A DNA stretch of 64,000 bases from Convolutriloba macropyga (GCF_964194025.1 NC_134468.1:57908001-57972000), one strand, 5' to 3'. Shown: positions 27,363 to 41,800, counted from the stretch's first letter. The notes: generated by a model not told the origin, from the sequence alone. A program made the numbers and translations.

Positions 27363-28229
27363 GAATTTTTGTAAGAAATGCCGTGATTGCGATGATTACT
27401 GTGAAAAAAATATTCACCGCATTTCTTACAAAAATTCACCTCGAGATTTACCACATTTCTTCTATGAAGAAATGTGGTGAATGCGGTGAAAAAAAATTCA
27501 CTAGAATTGTAAACTGCATTTCACTAGAATTCTTACAAAAATTCACCGCATTTGTTTTCCAACGTTTATTGAATTTAATTTAAATTCACAATAAATATCA
27601 AAGAAGTAAGTGACAATTGTCGCAGTGGAATAAGAAGTTAGGGACATGCAGGAGAAGAGAGGTTCGAAACGGACCTTTTCTGTTTTTGCCCCCAGTCCTA
27701 TACAACCAGCCTGTCTGCACTCCCAAATATTTACTTTTCGTCCTTAGAGATCCTTCAATTTAGGCTTAATAAAATGTCGGCACCGGTACAAAATTGGATG
27801 GATTTTTGTTACCGGTTGTCAAAAAGAATTATTGTCAAAGAGCCAATCCTATGGAATATAAGCGCGCAAATAGTAAAAACCCGCATTGTTTTTTGTCTGC
27901 TTAGATTATAAGAAAAGATGATCTACTGTAAATGTGTTAATTTCAAAAGTGCGCTGCATAGTCAAATTGTAAATGCCGTTTATACATAATTGTATATGTA
28001 ATTGTATGAAATGCAAACAATATGCTATGACATGTTTAAGTGGGGATGCAAATTGACGTACGTGGGAAGGGGCAAACAAAAAAAGATCCTTTGAACCCGT
28101 GTATGGAAGTTTCTTTATTTGTAAGAATACCGAGAAGGCCGTGAAAATAAAAAAAATTACGCAATTCACCGCATTCACCAAAAAAAGATGTTTGAAATAC
28201 GCGGCGTAAATTTTTTTTCTTCACCGCTG
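27363..28229. repeat. Region of direct and inverted ATTCACCGCATT-type repeats, probable degenerate MITE
   Basis: Motif at about 27412, 27476 (inverted), 27541, 28164 and 28220; perfect 19-bp inverted pair GAATTTTTGTAAGAAATGC (27363) / GCATTTCTTACAAAAATTC (27419); no TSD found. Confidence 0.45.
27618..27672 (+). other. Degenerate tRNA-derived (SINE-head-like) pol III A/B boxes
   Basis: TGTCGCAGTGG (A-box-like) and GGTTCGAAAC (B-box) 43 bp apart; no full cloverleaf. Confidence 0.3.
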
Positions 28230-31200
28230 TTGGAGCTGAGCTTAAGGAAAAACAAAATTGCTTAGGAAGTAGAAATTCAGCGCTGTTTCAAAACAGATCC
28301 AAATAAATGCGTAGGACGAAAATTATTACTGTGTTCTATTTTTGTCCGGACTATCCATCCCCTTAGCGAGAAAATTGTGTATAGCGAATCAGAAACAGCC
28401 GCGTATGCCACGTGAGCAGAAAAAGTTGTTAAACCTCGACCCGGGTTAACTTTAAATACCTTCTTTGCCTGTAATTTTAGCGAACGAAATCAAAGATAAT
28501 AAACCAAAGGCATTGCGGAAGTTTTTCATTTAAAATATCGAATATATTGTTATATTCTTCTTCGTTGCATTCTTTCTCTCTCATCATTTTTTTCGATTTT
28601 CTGTACATTTTGGATAAAAAGTGCTGCTTCTGTCGCGCTGATTGAAAAAAAATCCCGGAAAAATCTACTTGGTTATGTTTACGGTTTATAATAACAGTAA
28701 ATTTGTCCAAATTTGGTTTCAACTATGTTGATTAGTACCATATGGAGCAAGAGTAAAAGTTTCAGTTAATCAAATGTAGACCAAACAAAAGATTATTATT
28801 TATATCTGACTTTTTCATGACATCTGTCGTACTTTATTTGCTTTGTACGCATTTTGCGGAGTGAATTCGCCTTTATTTAACTAAATTTAGAGACACTTCC
28901 AGTCACCGGTGAAGCAACTCTGTTTTTTGTCCGCTCGTATTTGATTAGTGGTGTCGGGACTTCTTTCCACGATTGTGTTTCTCTCAACTGTTTGCTGTTT
29001 GCAATTCACGGCGTCGCCCGCTGGACCTTTTTGCGACTTAGAGAGTTGCTTATCGGATTTATTTAAGTCCGATTACAGCACTTGTTCAAATAAATCTGTA
29101 GTATTTTGGCTACGGCGACAACGCACAATATCACGAGATGATTGATGTTATGCGCAAAGGTTTTTTTTTTTCATTTTTGTTTTTCAAAATGAGTTAGTTC
29201 TTCGAATGCCAAAAGTGCGGCATGGGATGGTACTAAAATAAAAATTCTGATTGGCATTGTGGGGGTTGTGATAATCTCTAATGGAGGGACTGCAAATTAC
29301 AGAGAGGTTAATCTTCTTTAACAGACCCACTTTTTGTTCGCGTGCATAATTGGATTTATTCGTTAAAATAACGCTATTGGTGTCGTTTTTTGTTTTCATC
29401 TTGTCGCCCATTGCTGACGGGTAAATTATTCCACATGGGTTTGTGTTTTGACTTCTATGTATTTCTCAGCAATTCGAGGCGGTCATATCATTCGATTCGA
29501 TCTTCATGTTTTCCAAATTTTGCTAAGTCACTGCATGTTTTTCAGTGTTACTGTTATAGTTTCGGGTTCTGGAACTCACGAGGTATGAGAATCAGTTTTC
29601 GTATTCGTAGCAATCCGAATTCGTAACAATGTTTCGAAACTGGTTTTGAATTTCTTTTTTCAGTGGATTTTTTTTGCTAGTTTCAGTTTTACAGTTCTTT
29701 GGGTCAATGGATTCATGACCTACAACTGGCATATACTTCCTACAAATGGCATCCATTTTTGGATTTAAAAAATATTGTTTGCCCTTCTTCGCTCTGACGT
29801 TTTTGTTTGTGAGCGTCCTGGAATGCCTTCCTTTTTTACATCGTTGTCCTTTTTCAAGCCTAGTACATACAAAACAATAAAGATCCACAACAGTAGAAAC
29901 TAAAAATTTATTTCTTTTACTGAAGTTTTGGAGATATTTCCAAACGTCTCCAAGAAAAGGCAAATAAAGAAATGTCAGCTGAGAAATGTCACATAAAAAA
30001 CTAGTCTGATGAGAAGTAGAAAAATTCAAACAAAAAAACTACTTGAAAAACCTTGTGATGAAAAAAAATCTTGAGCCAAATAACACTTCTTTACTCTATT
30101 GGAAACAGCTGACAGATTTCCACAAAGTTCGATGGTTTTCTGATTGTTGAAATGTTAAATATTGAGATGTTATACATTAAGAAAATGGATAATTTACTGT
30201 AGCTTCTAATAGCTGCTATCAATTGACTTTCACTTAGAGTGATACCAACTCAGTCGAACTTATCTTTCAGAATAAAAGTAAAGAAAAATATTTTTGAAAG
30301 TGAGGAAAGTCGTTTTTAGGAGTGAGCTGGGTGAGGTACGTGTACCCAAAAAATTAGTAACGCAAATGCGCAACAAAATTGATCCACCAAGTGTGAAAAG
30401 TGACATCATGCACGCAAACCTCTCCAAAGATTCACAAACGAATAACAAAAAAACAATTACATAAAATTGTAGTAAAATACCTTGACAACGAAATAAAAAA
30501 GATAACATGACAATTTTTGAATTGAACTTCGATGACTATTTGACCTCTAAAACAAAAACTAGACTTACGAAATTGACTAAAATTGTATTTGGAGGTGCGC
30601 TTTGAAGACAAATCGACAAAAAAAACAAAACAAAAGTCTAATTAATTCACGACATTAAAAAATCGCAATTGAGAAAACCAGTTTTTGTCCAAACATTGTT
30701 TTTGCACTCCACATGGAAAAAAGAAGAATTTTGTTCCACATAACCATTCAGATTTTGCTTCACTTCGTCTTTTGGTGTGACCAAACTCACAATTCGATTC
30801 ACGTTTCAACAAATCTTAGAGAAATATCGTCGAAAGAATTCCGGAGACAGATCGAAGAGTCATCACCGCCAAAAAAAAGACATTGGAGTAACACAATTGT
30901 CTTAGAACAACAAAAAAACCAGAATCGTTCTTAAACCGAAAAACAACAGAAAAGGTTAGACAAAAACAATTTAAGATGAACTTAAAAATTAAACAAAATA
31001 TTTTAAAAACTAAGGATGATTTTCTCATAATAAAAAAACACTTTATCCTAAATTTTGCATTACTCAATCATTAGCTAACAGTATTGTTCATAAAAAGTCG
31101 AAAATTATCCCTTACTTTTTTATTGAATGAGAAAAAAAACTGCCAGATATAAAGTTTGTCGACCTTTTTGTCAATTTTTTCTCTCGAAATGAAATTCTTA

Positions 31201-31580
31201 ACAAATCAAATGTTTCATAACACTAAAACTGTAAAAAACAGTTAACTGAGAGTGATAACTCACACAAGCAAAAGTTGCTTTTTCTTTTTCCCAATATGTG
31301 AACTAAAATAGAACAGTACAAAAATTGCTAAAATGGATTAAAGTTTGCGTAAACATCCAAATTTGCCAACAAAACTCTTTATTTTAACAAACGTCAAAAG
31401 GCAACCCGAAAACTATAATTTAGCAAGTTCGTACAAAATTTTAAAGCAGAAAACAGTCGTAAAAAAGTTGCCCGCAAAAGTGGACAGAACTAGAAATTTC
31501 GATAGCTTAGAGAACTCAAAACTGCCAGTATGAACGAAAAACCTTTTTGCTCCGTTCATCCCAATCGATCAGCGATAGAT

Positions 31581-32452
31581 CAACCGATTAACGTTGGATA
31601 AATAGCTCTCGAACAACTGGCATTGGTCTGGCTTTCCTTGTTGCAGCTGCCTTAGGCTTAGGCAGTCTAGCCTGGTTTGTTGCAATGGAGGCAGAAAGTG
31701 GGAATATGAGAGCTAAAATGACGAGGAGGCCCAGCACTTTTTCAGTTCATTACACCTTGAATTTATGCCTCCTGAGCAGAATTTGTTTGAAGGAAAGTAT
31801 GGTGAGGAAGTTTCAACGGGGCATAGCGACTCTACAATAATTGGTCTTCACACAATTGCTCAAAATCTTCAATGCAGTTTCGGTGAATCGTGAACTTACT
31901 AGGCTATCTTACAATCAATTTTGTTTTATCAAAGGAGTCTCCCAACAATTGATACCAAAAAGACGCTTTTTCCAATACTCCTTTTCGGATCGGTAAGACA
32001 GCGCTCCACAAATTCGTTGAATTGTAACCAGAGTATAGGACGTCGCAGCTAATTATATCACAATTTTTCTTTAATGGATAATTTCTCATGTTCGAACCCC
32101 AAGAGGGGGCTAATCAATTGCCGCCTGCTTCAGTCGGTGGGGAGGGGGGCTAAGAGGTTCACTAGGAGCTTCAGATGACATCATTACAGGTTACTATATA
32201 CCACCATTAAGATTTGACACCAATATTTAGAATTTACACCAATTTCGGCGCATTTTCATTTGACTTTTAGAATTGACTTGCCGCCAGTTGAGTTCAGCTG
32301 TTCGAAATTGTGAATGAGAGAAATTTAGATCACGCAAAACGCAAGGTCAAGGGCGTAAAAGTCACTCGAAAAGTCAAAATGGTCAAGCAAAAACTTTGCA
32401 TTAAAAAGACACGTTTACAATAACTGCTTCGATCTTCGTTCGAGAGCAATTA
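31581..32452 (-). mobile_element. Helentron/DINE-like non-autonomous element, family 2, with ~480 bp of extra internal sequence
   Basis: AATAGCTCTCG at 31601 inverted with CGAGAGCAATT at 32441; 32110-32452 aligns with 53484-53826. Confidence 0.55.
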
Positions 32453-32728
32453 AACAGAATCTGGGATCAAAATCTGTATGGAATGATAGAATTTTCTTTA
32501 AAATGGTTCCACGTGAAAACAAAAACTTGAAAGATTAAATTCTCAAGCAAGGAGGAGGCAAAGATAAAACGCATACTACAAATTATAAGGATAAATTACT
32601 CAAGTTAAACCACAGTTTCGGTTACAGACAGACAGCTGCGTCAAGTCATTTAGAAACTAATAATAAATTGAGTTTTACAATTTTCAACATGATCAGAAAA
32701 GTCACAAATGAAAGTCAAATTAAGTTGG

Positions 32729-32827
32729 TCACTTGATATCTGACAAGCCTTGTTTCTTCGCTTCTGTTTCGTATATTAGTAACCTCCACAATTTGACCAC
32801 AAATACTTTGGCCTCATCATCCAACAC
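32729..32827 (-). CDS. RBM25: RBM25 last coding exon (PWI C-terminus)
   Basis: CAG|VLDDEAKVFVVKLWRLLIYETEAKKQGLSDIK*. Confidence 0.93.
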   Translation of the reverse strand: MLDDEAKVFVVKLWRLLIYETEAKKQGLSDIK

Positions 32828-35800
32828 CTGAACAGACAAACTACCAGCTTACCAGGGTTTACAGCATAAAATACAAGACCTTCCAACAATACTCAATTTC
32901 CGTAAGCATTGTTAAATTGTTAGCATCGGCCACAAATTACTAATGTAAATGCGAAGACAAGGAACACAGAACTTGACAACCATTAGAAAGGAAGCCTACT
33001 ATTATAACGCTTAATATATAACGCTTATGCAAATATAACGCTTAAAATTTTCCTTACGAATTAAATACTTAGACCTAAGAAATAAAGCCCCATCTTGTAA
33101 TGAGGACATTGTAATGGGGACAACATAAACGCATCAGATTTGTTAACCAAAATTGCAATCTTCAGTCGTGCTTATTGGACACACTTATTTGTCCAGAAGT
33201 GCCTTTAGGTAAACATTGCGGAGCAATTTGAAGGTTTGAAGTGACTGGCCTAAACTCCTGTTACTTGTTAACATTATTGTGATCAGAAAAGGGAGGACAG
33301 GTGATTACTACAAACCATTTGCACGTCGTTGAGCAGCACATTCGGGTCTCCTTTGGACTCGACCTTGCCACAGATGAACTCGACCAGAGTGGGCTCCTCG
33401 TCCCCAATATATTCTTTGATCTTTTTGTTCACCCACGGCTTTATTCGCTTCTCCATCAACAGCTGAAACAAGATGCAACACTTGAACTACCTCTGGAATG
33501 TCGCAACTGAGATTCTTTTAGTTCTGCTACGGTCCTGTGTACTCTTCTAAGATAAAATGAGCCGCCAATAGCACAGATTCTCCGGTTAGGGAAAAACCCT
33601 CACCCAATTTTATATTGAAAAACTAAGGAAAAATTCCGCTTCGGAAACTCCCTTCGGAAATACAGACCCACTTGACCGCTAAAGAGCTGCGCATTTGGCC
33701 ATGCCTTAGCGGTGCGTGGGACTTGATATGAAACTATCCAGGCCAAAGTTTAATGCTAGCGAGGTTTATTTCACTTGAGTTCAATAATTGCTCTCGAATG
33801 ATGTTTGAAGCAATTATTGTAAACGTGTTGGCCTTTTTTGCCCGAAACGCTCGAAAAATGCAGGGATGCAAAATTTTCGCTTGATCGTTTTGACTTTTCG
33901 AACAACTTTTACGCCCTTGACTTTTTCGTTTTGCGTGATCTAAATTTCTCTCTCATTTTCAAGTGTCAGCAGTTCACTACTAAAAGTCAGATAAAAAGTC
34001 AGCCGAAATTTGGCCATTTTAAATTTTCTGAGTGGTTATTGTGGTATATAATTAACTAATAATGTCTTTTGCGTCAAAGCTAAGAGTCATTTGCGTCCTT
34101 TTGCGCATTTCTTTTTTCTTTTTTGGGGGGGGGGGGGGGGCTTGGGTGGTTATTTTCTCGACCCCGATGACTCTTAGCTGTATATTCAGAAGAACAGACA
34201 ACCTTACCTTATCGACTTTGTCCCATTCGACAGAGTAGTTGAAAAGTTCTGTTCTGTCAGTGGGAATTTTCGAGATCAGTTCCTTCACCTTTTGTTGCTT
34301 CTCTTCCGCAGTCATCACAGGCTACAACGAAAGTACATAGCTGGATCTCTTGATCTAATGGCCTAAAAATTATTGCCAGAATATTTCAAGATGCAAGATT
34401 AGATAATCTTAAGCTGTTGGGGACCTTGAAAAGTTGTGAAATAAATTTGAGCAGAAAAATTCATCTCAAAATCGCCCTTAGACATCTAACCACTGTTTTT
34501 TGAGCTAAATGAAGTTTAAAAGGAAAGTTAAAAGTAATACCACTTATTTCCTGTCCAGTTTTTTTCAAAGCGGCTCGCAATTTTAATACGGTACAACTTT
34601 ACGACAAACCTTTGAGACAGCCGAAGGCGGTGGAGGCAACTGGGCATCAACGGGGATCAGTTTCTTTTTCTTGGGCGCATCGTCGGCCTCGTCATCATCC
34701 TCTCCAAAGACAGAAGCTGCCTGGAGCTTTTTCTTGACCCCAACTTTGACATTTGGTGGTTGTGAATGTGGAGTGGTTTGTTGTTTACTACTGCTACTGG
34801 AGGTGTTTGTGTTTAATAGGGGATTGGCATTGTGGTGGGAAGAGGAGGCGGGTGAGTTTGGTCCACCTGATCCAGTCCAGTCTCCTGTTCTTGCAGGTGA
34901 GTCGTAATTGGACACTAACTGTCCACCACTCATGTAGTCTCCATCACCATTCATTTCTGGACAGAAAACAACATTTGATATTTTGAAATCAGCTAATAAG
35001 AAAATAATCCCATAATTGATCTGATGAAAACAGCGAAGCACAAAATTTTCAGCCATCAAACCCCCATGCCCACTCTATAGAACGTAATTTTTTACTTCTA
35101 CTTAATTTTCGCTCATTTCATTGGTGTCTCAAACTACAACAGCATTATTTGCCTTCCGTTAAATTAGCTTTTTCAACCATCGTCCCGCTGCTTTAACAAA
35201 ATGCCTAAGAGGGGTAAAAAGGGGCAATAGGAAAAAATTCATGCTGTGAATTGCTTGTCCTTCAACTACAGTAGGCGCTTAACATATTCCCATTTCTTTC
35301 GTTCAAGCTGGACATGCATACGTAATTGCCATACTAACGGAGTTTGTCCTGATTGACAGCAGAGGAGGATATGGATTTCTTGCCAAATTCAATCGTCATT
35401 TTCTTTTCAAACACGTGTTGGTGACTTCCATTGCTCTCACTGTTGTCTGCATGTGCATTCTAAAACAAATGAACATCCATGCAGAAGCAACATTACATTA
35501 TGCCTCAGATACCGCTTGTACCTCTTGTACCGGCTTGGAATCCAGTACTAACTTGGTCAACATCACTAAAACCGCCTAATTAAATTTTAAAATTTCGAAA
35601 AAAAATATTTTGTTTTTCTTAAAACCAAATTTTGTTTTTAAAAATTGTATTTACCATTGATGTTTTTTGCCGATTAAAAACTAGCGAATGAAGCAATGTT
35701 CTTCTAAGTCGGAAAAACAGAAGGCGCCAAGTTATTATAATAGCAAAAATCTACTTTGAAAATGTAAAACCGAAGCACAAACATTTTCTTTTCTATATTC

Positions 35801-38800
35801 GAGTGTTGTTTTGAGGAAAAAATCTTTGTTTCACAGGAAGTCACCATTTCAGCAATTTCAAAACCACAGAGACGAAAAAAAAACGCTTTCATTAACCGAA
35901 CAACAGATGAACAAAATTCATTATTGAAAAGTAAAAATGGAAAAGTTTTTATTTTAAAATCTTTATTGTCATAGAAGATCATTTCTCTTCAAATTATTGA
36001 AACTTTCCATTTCTTAAAATATACCAAAGAGTGAAAGTGCCAAAACGTAAACTTTACCGGAAACCAATGTTAGAGTCAAATTGAGGCAGACTGCTAAGAC
36101 TGTTAGAAATCTTAAAAATTTAGAAAAATGACTTATTTGCTGCAAATTGCGGTTTTTAACACTTTAAAATAAATTATGTTTGTTATATTTATCTGCTAAG
36201 GTAACCCATCTGGAAGTTTTTAAAAATTAATTGGTCTATAATGCTAAGATACAACAAAATTGACGTTTTTTTTTTCGAAAAACTTGAAAAAGGTTCACTT
36301 CAAAGAATAATGTCAAAATTACGATTACCGATACAATTAACTCAAAAAGCCCACACCTAGTTTTCTAGAAAAGACTACCTAAATGAAAGGTGACAAACCT
36401 TGAGTAGAGACCAAATTGAAAAAAAAGTTTTAAAAATGTGGTGTTGGGGATTGTATTTGTTGTGATGAACTAATTAATTAGTCTGCAATTGCACACAGAA
36501 GGCCATTTAATTTCGTTTCCGCTCTGCTCTGAGTTTATTGCTTGGAGATAAGAGGTCGGATTTTGATTGAATAGCCCCATTTACCGGGGATTTTAGATTC
36601 TGGCGGAAAATATTTTTATTCAATATACGACTACCAGCAGACCGGTGAACTTGCAACATCTTCCTAGCAGCTGATTATCTCGGACATATTTCCAGTTTGC
36701 GTTGAGAATCACTGGTAGCAGTGATTTCATTCTTTCTTTTTTGTTTTTATTTGTTTTTGTGCCGCTGGTAGCAGTGATGAGGTCGTCACTTTTTGCTTAA
36801 ACGTGGTGCCGCTGGTAGCAATGGCAGCCTGTTTTATTATGTTTTTAAGCTATGTGTCGAGAAGCTAAGAAAGCGGAAAATTCAGGCAATATTGAGATAA
36901 TTGAGAAATGGATAACCTGCCTGACCGAAAGTTGTCCGGTTCAAACTAAAATTTGTGTTCCGTCAAGCTATGCTTTTTCTCAAAATTTTCTCTGCGGATT
37001 TTGCGCTGCAAATGACAAAATCAAGATCGAGAGAAACTATTCTGCGGCTGTAACGAACTCAATTAAAAATGAACAGCGGACACGTGCAACACTTTTTGCC
37101 GAAGTCCAACGGGAACAGACAGGTAAGGACGCCAAAAAACTGAATTTGGTAGTCAAAGGAACCCAGCAATCTCCCTCTAAATCTGAAGCTGCTCTTGCTC
37201 AAGAGTTTGCTAAGAAACTCAATATTACAATCAGCGTCAATGACGTTGAGTGCAAACGAATAGGAACATTAAATACTTCTACAGGTTGTCAGCTTCTCCT
37301 GAAATTTGAGGAACAGCTGAAACGAAAAGAGTTTCTGCGCAAATCTGGAAAGCTGCGTGATGGTCCAAATTTGTCTAATGTATAAATCTCTCCCGGCCTT
37401 ACGAGAGCTGAACGCATTCAACAATTGAACCTTCGATTAGAAAAACGAAAAAGGGGCGAAAATCTTGGATCGGCTTACGAAATTCGATGGGGTCGCGTGC
37501 GCGAGAATTGCCTAAATTTTATAGATAACTCTTCCATTCTTCTCCTGAATGTTCAAAGCATCCTGTCAAGCTCTTGGTCATTTTGAAACCATTTGTCTAT
37601 TTGTTCTACGCTTATTTGCTTTGAGACGTGGCTTGCTAACTCAACAAATGATACTCAAATGATACTGAGACGTGGCTTGATAACTCAATTTTTGCATGAA
37701 TTGTATATCTAAACTTTGATGAAAATGTACAGCAAATTGTCGTTTATCTCGACTTCTGTAAAGCGTTTGATTCAGTCGATCACCCCTATCTTCTCGTGAA
37801 GCTGACAATTTTTGGTTTTGACAAGAATTTTGTGGTCCTTATTTCCTCTTATCTTGAAATAGGTAAAATCGGTAATTTTCTGTCGGATTTCTTACCTGTC
37901 TCTAGAGGTGTGCCGCAAGGCAGTGTTTTGGGACCTATTCTTTTCCTGACTTACATTGACGACATGCATGAAGTTCCTGAGTGTTCAAAAATGTACTGAT
38001 TTGCCGATGATGCCAAAGGGATTCGTGCGAACAATCTGTTCAACACGATCTTTGTGCTCTTAGATTATGATCCTGTTTTAATTCACTTTCTCTCAAAGCG
38101 ACGAACTATCTTGGCTCGAGCCAGTCAGCGACCTGGGTGTTGAAGTATCTAGTTCACTCAAGTGGGGAGCTCATTTAAAGATCAAATTTGTCAAAGCTCG
38201 TAGAGCTCTTAGTTATTTGAAGCATAGTGTTCCTTCAAACCTTTCCTCTGGAGTTAAGTTCAATCTATACAAAACATGTGTTACCTCTGTGTTATTGTAC
38301 GGTAACCCTGCTTGGTATCCTCATATCTGTGAACTTCAGAAGCTTGAGAATTTGAATTATCATGGACTTCTTTGGTGTTTCGGTTGTGATAACCATGAAA
38401 AATTATTACAGAAGTCTCATTCGTTGCCGATCAGTTATCAACTCATTGAACTTGATCTTCGGTTTTTTCTGACAATAATGAATGAAAAGAACTGCATTAG
38501 TTTCGATGATTACTTCAAATTAAAAAAATCCGTTAACTTAAGAGCGCAGAATCTGGAACGCCTAGTCCTAACGAGATCGAGAAAACGATTCACCGAAAAA
38601 TCTTTTTTCTTCCGTGTTGAGAGACTAGTAAACGACGCTGTCGTTCTCCTGAACATCAGTATATTTCTTCAAGTCAAAATTTTCCCGACAAACCACAATT
38701 CACAACCTGTTGATCGACTTAACGCCATCTAAATGACATTAATGTAACGTGCACTTGGTATCTAAAATGTAGATGTAACTTTTGTATAGCTTAACTCTTA

Positions 38801-41800
38801 CAGCTGTAACTTTTACAGTTAATTGTAGCTTTTTTAAATTTTGTGTACAGCACCTGATTATTGTATTATTTGTTTTACTGTACATCCTGTTAAAGGTAAT
38901 TCAAGTCTTTCACTACTACTACTATATTTTAAGGTTAGTCTGTCTAATTTTCCCCAACCCATTGCTTTCGGATACTCCCAAACATTTCTCTGACAGAATT
39001 TAATGTTCTTTTTGTGATCTTGAGAGGTAAGTGGGAACATTCTGTGCTACGTACCGACTAGAACGGGACGTCGTGTTTATGTTGGAAATATATCTCAGCA
39101 AAGTATTATTGTTACTCATATTTAGTAAAACGAAACAACAAGACTGCCGTAAATTTTTAAAAAAAAACTCGTTGGAAGGCGAGTTAAAATAGTTGACATC
39201 GTACTTGAAATCTTGATATTTTACTTGCACGCTTAAAACCCAAGACTCAAACATATTAAACAACAAAGGTTTTCGCTATTTCTTTAAGCAAACTTATGTT
39301 GCTTTTCAAGCAAACTTATTCGAAATTCCACAGAGTTTTCCAAGCTCGGAGTGCGAGACAAAAAAATTCTGATTTGAGTCAAAAAGACGCTCTGAAGTAA
39401 AGAGACTTTGAATTCTATATAGTGCCCACAGATTAATTGTACGGGGATGGTAAAATTAGTTATATCAAATTTTTACACCTACAATATTTCATTTTTCCAT
39501 ATCAACCAAAAAAAGAGAAGTTGCCAATGTAGCAAATACTTACCCATCCATTGTGTGCACTAGCAGCAGTGTTTTTCATCATGGCAGCCAGTTTCTGCTT
39601 CTCAATCGCTTCTTCATCCACTGATGCCTCGTGTTCATTGTTGTCAGTGCCTCCTCCGCTCACACTAGGCGCATTGCTCTCAGTGCCCGGTCCCTCTTCC
39701 TCTTCCCCATTGTAGGAATCCCCGTCCATTTCAGGCATACCATCTGGTCCATGGGCACCTGCAGTACATTTGAACATGTGATGACAACCTAAGTTGAGTC
39801 AAGCCTATGGCTTAGCCACGTTATTTCAAGCTTGAAAATATGCTTCCACTCCGAACAGGTATTTATTTATTTAAAAGCGACGTCGATTAAAAGTTCCATT
39901 CTTTTCATTATTGGACACAGCGTTTAATAATTGTTCGAAATTCTCAACAAAATAGGCAAAAGTAATAATTGCTTGCCTGTTCATTATATAAGCCGAGTAA
40001 TATTCTAATGTATAGAATTGAAAAGCAGATCAATAAGACTTAAGGCGCGATTTAAAGTAGCCGATATACTTTCAACTGACCTGTCATATCCGACATAGCA
40101 GGGTGTTGCATCTTTTTACTGGGAGACAAAATTTGCCCAGATTCGATCTTCTTACTCATAGCCTTGAACGGATTAGAGGACTCAATCGCTCCCTTCTTTT
40201 TCTTCCTTTCCTTCAACTGTCGTTCACGCTCTTTCAAAGGTTTGTTCATATTTTCCTCAAACTCTTTGACGATTTTAGCAACCTCTCCCTCTGGATCTGG
40301 ATTGTTCTCGGCTCTCAGTCGCTGCAATATTTCGTCTAGCTCATCCTTCTCTTTAAGTCTATCTTTCTCGTCAATTTCTTTCTCCTTCTCTCTGTCTCTC
40401 AGCCGACGATTCAGGGCGTTAGACCTAATCACATTAATTTGAAAAAGCATATGCATTAACGTTTTTATTAAATTCAATATTCTAGACGAAATGCTCAGAC
40501 CTTCTATGCCTGATAATTATGATAATTGAATAACACGATAGGAGGGCGAAAATGTGCAAAACATGCGGACACTTCATGTTCTACTGACTGAGTTCAGTCA
40601 ACGATCACCTCTTTGAAAAACGTCTCAATCAGTTTATCCCGTTTTTCGAGACGAATAATAAATTTTTTTAAAAATCAAAGGGAAAACTGCCAAAAAAACA
40701 GCCGCCGCTGACCCCACTGACAGAGGTTGGGATTAAAACGTTAAGAAAAAATTGATGGAAGCCTATTTTTTCTAAGTCTCAAAACTTTTCTAATTTAGTT
40801 TGCAGTTTCACGAGACATGATAAATAAGGTTAGTTTGCGCCATTGTGGGCTCAAAAACTACAAAAATGATCTTTCACCTTTAATTTAAGCCTTACATTAG
40901 GTTCAGCGCTCTAACCGCTTGAAGGACAACTAAAACCAGGTTAGGGCCAAGTGGTGGGCATCAAGAGATTAGTGGGGGCACGTAGGTGGGGTATAGAGGT
41001 TAGTTAGGTAGGGAACAGGTACGTTGGAGGGGGTTCTGTAGTTTGAGGTTCTGTAGGGAGGAGGGACTGCTATAGGGAGGCAAATTTCTCGATGACCTTT
41101 TGACCTTGAATATTACCAGCAGTTCCTAACTACTATATATTGGAGCCTAATCTACTGCTGCTAAAATCCAATGTTAGAAAACAGAAGTCAACATTCTAAA
41201 ACAGAAGTCGACGTTCGAAAACAAATAAGTCACGGTTCAAGTCATGAACAAACCTGGTTCAGCCAATAAAAAAGAAAACTGTAGAATGCCAAAACTCCTT
41301 TTTGAGTAGTCAAAAAGGAGAGCGCCTAAACAATAGCCTTTGAGAGGCTGACGGCGGCCATTAGAAACAATAACCAGTAAAACCATACCCGGCAGATTGC
41401 CGGAAAATACCCACCGTCGATTCTTATAACCAAGATTGGGATTGAAAGAGGAAAAATTAACGAAAAAAATTATTTTTGTACAAACAATTTTGAAGTGCGA
41501 AATATTTTGATGTCATTTTGGAGCTGACCATACTCCTGTTTCGTAGTTAGACGACACAGGGGCTATTATCAATACCAATAAGCATTAGAGATGGTAACTA
41601 AGAACAAAGTTCGAGTAACGGGCATCTAAAATTGGGCTTTATGGGTTTATCCCGTTTCCATTTCTGATTTCGCATTTTGATACTGACTCTGTTCATTTGG
41701 TTTGCCGAGCAACTGCTATCTAAAAACAATTTTTAGCAGAATGAGAGAAAAGTGAAATTAGCATAGAGAAGTCAAACGATTTCACGCAAAATGTTGAGAA

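Noticed and set aside
41611-41628. GAGTAACGGGCATCT resembling the Drosophila DINE-1 subterminal repeat
   Set aside because: Internal position with no inverted partner or stem-loop; probably coincidence.
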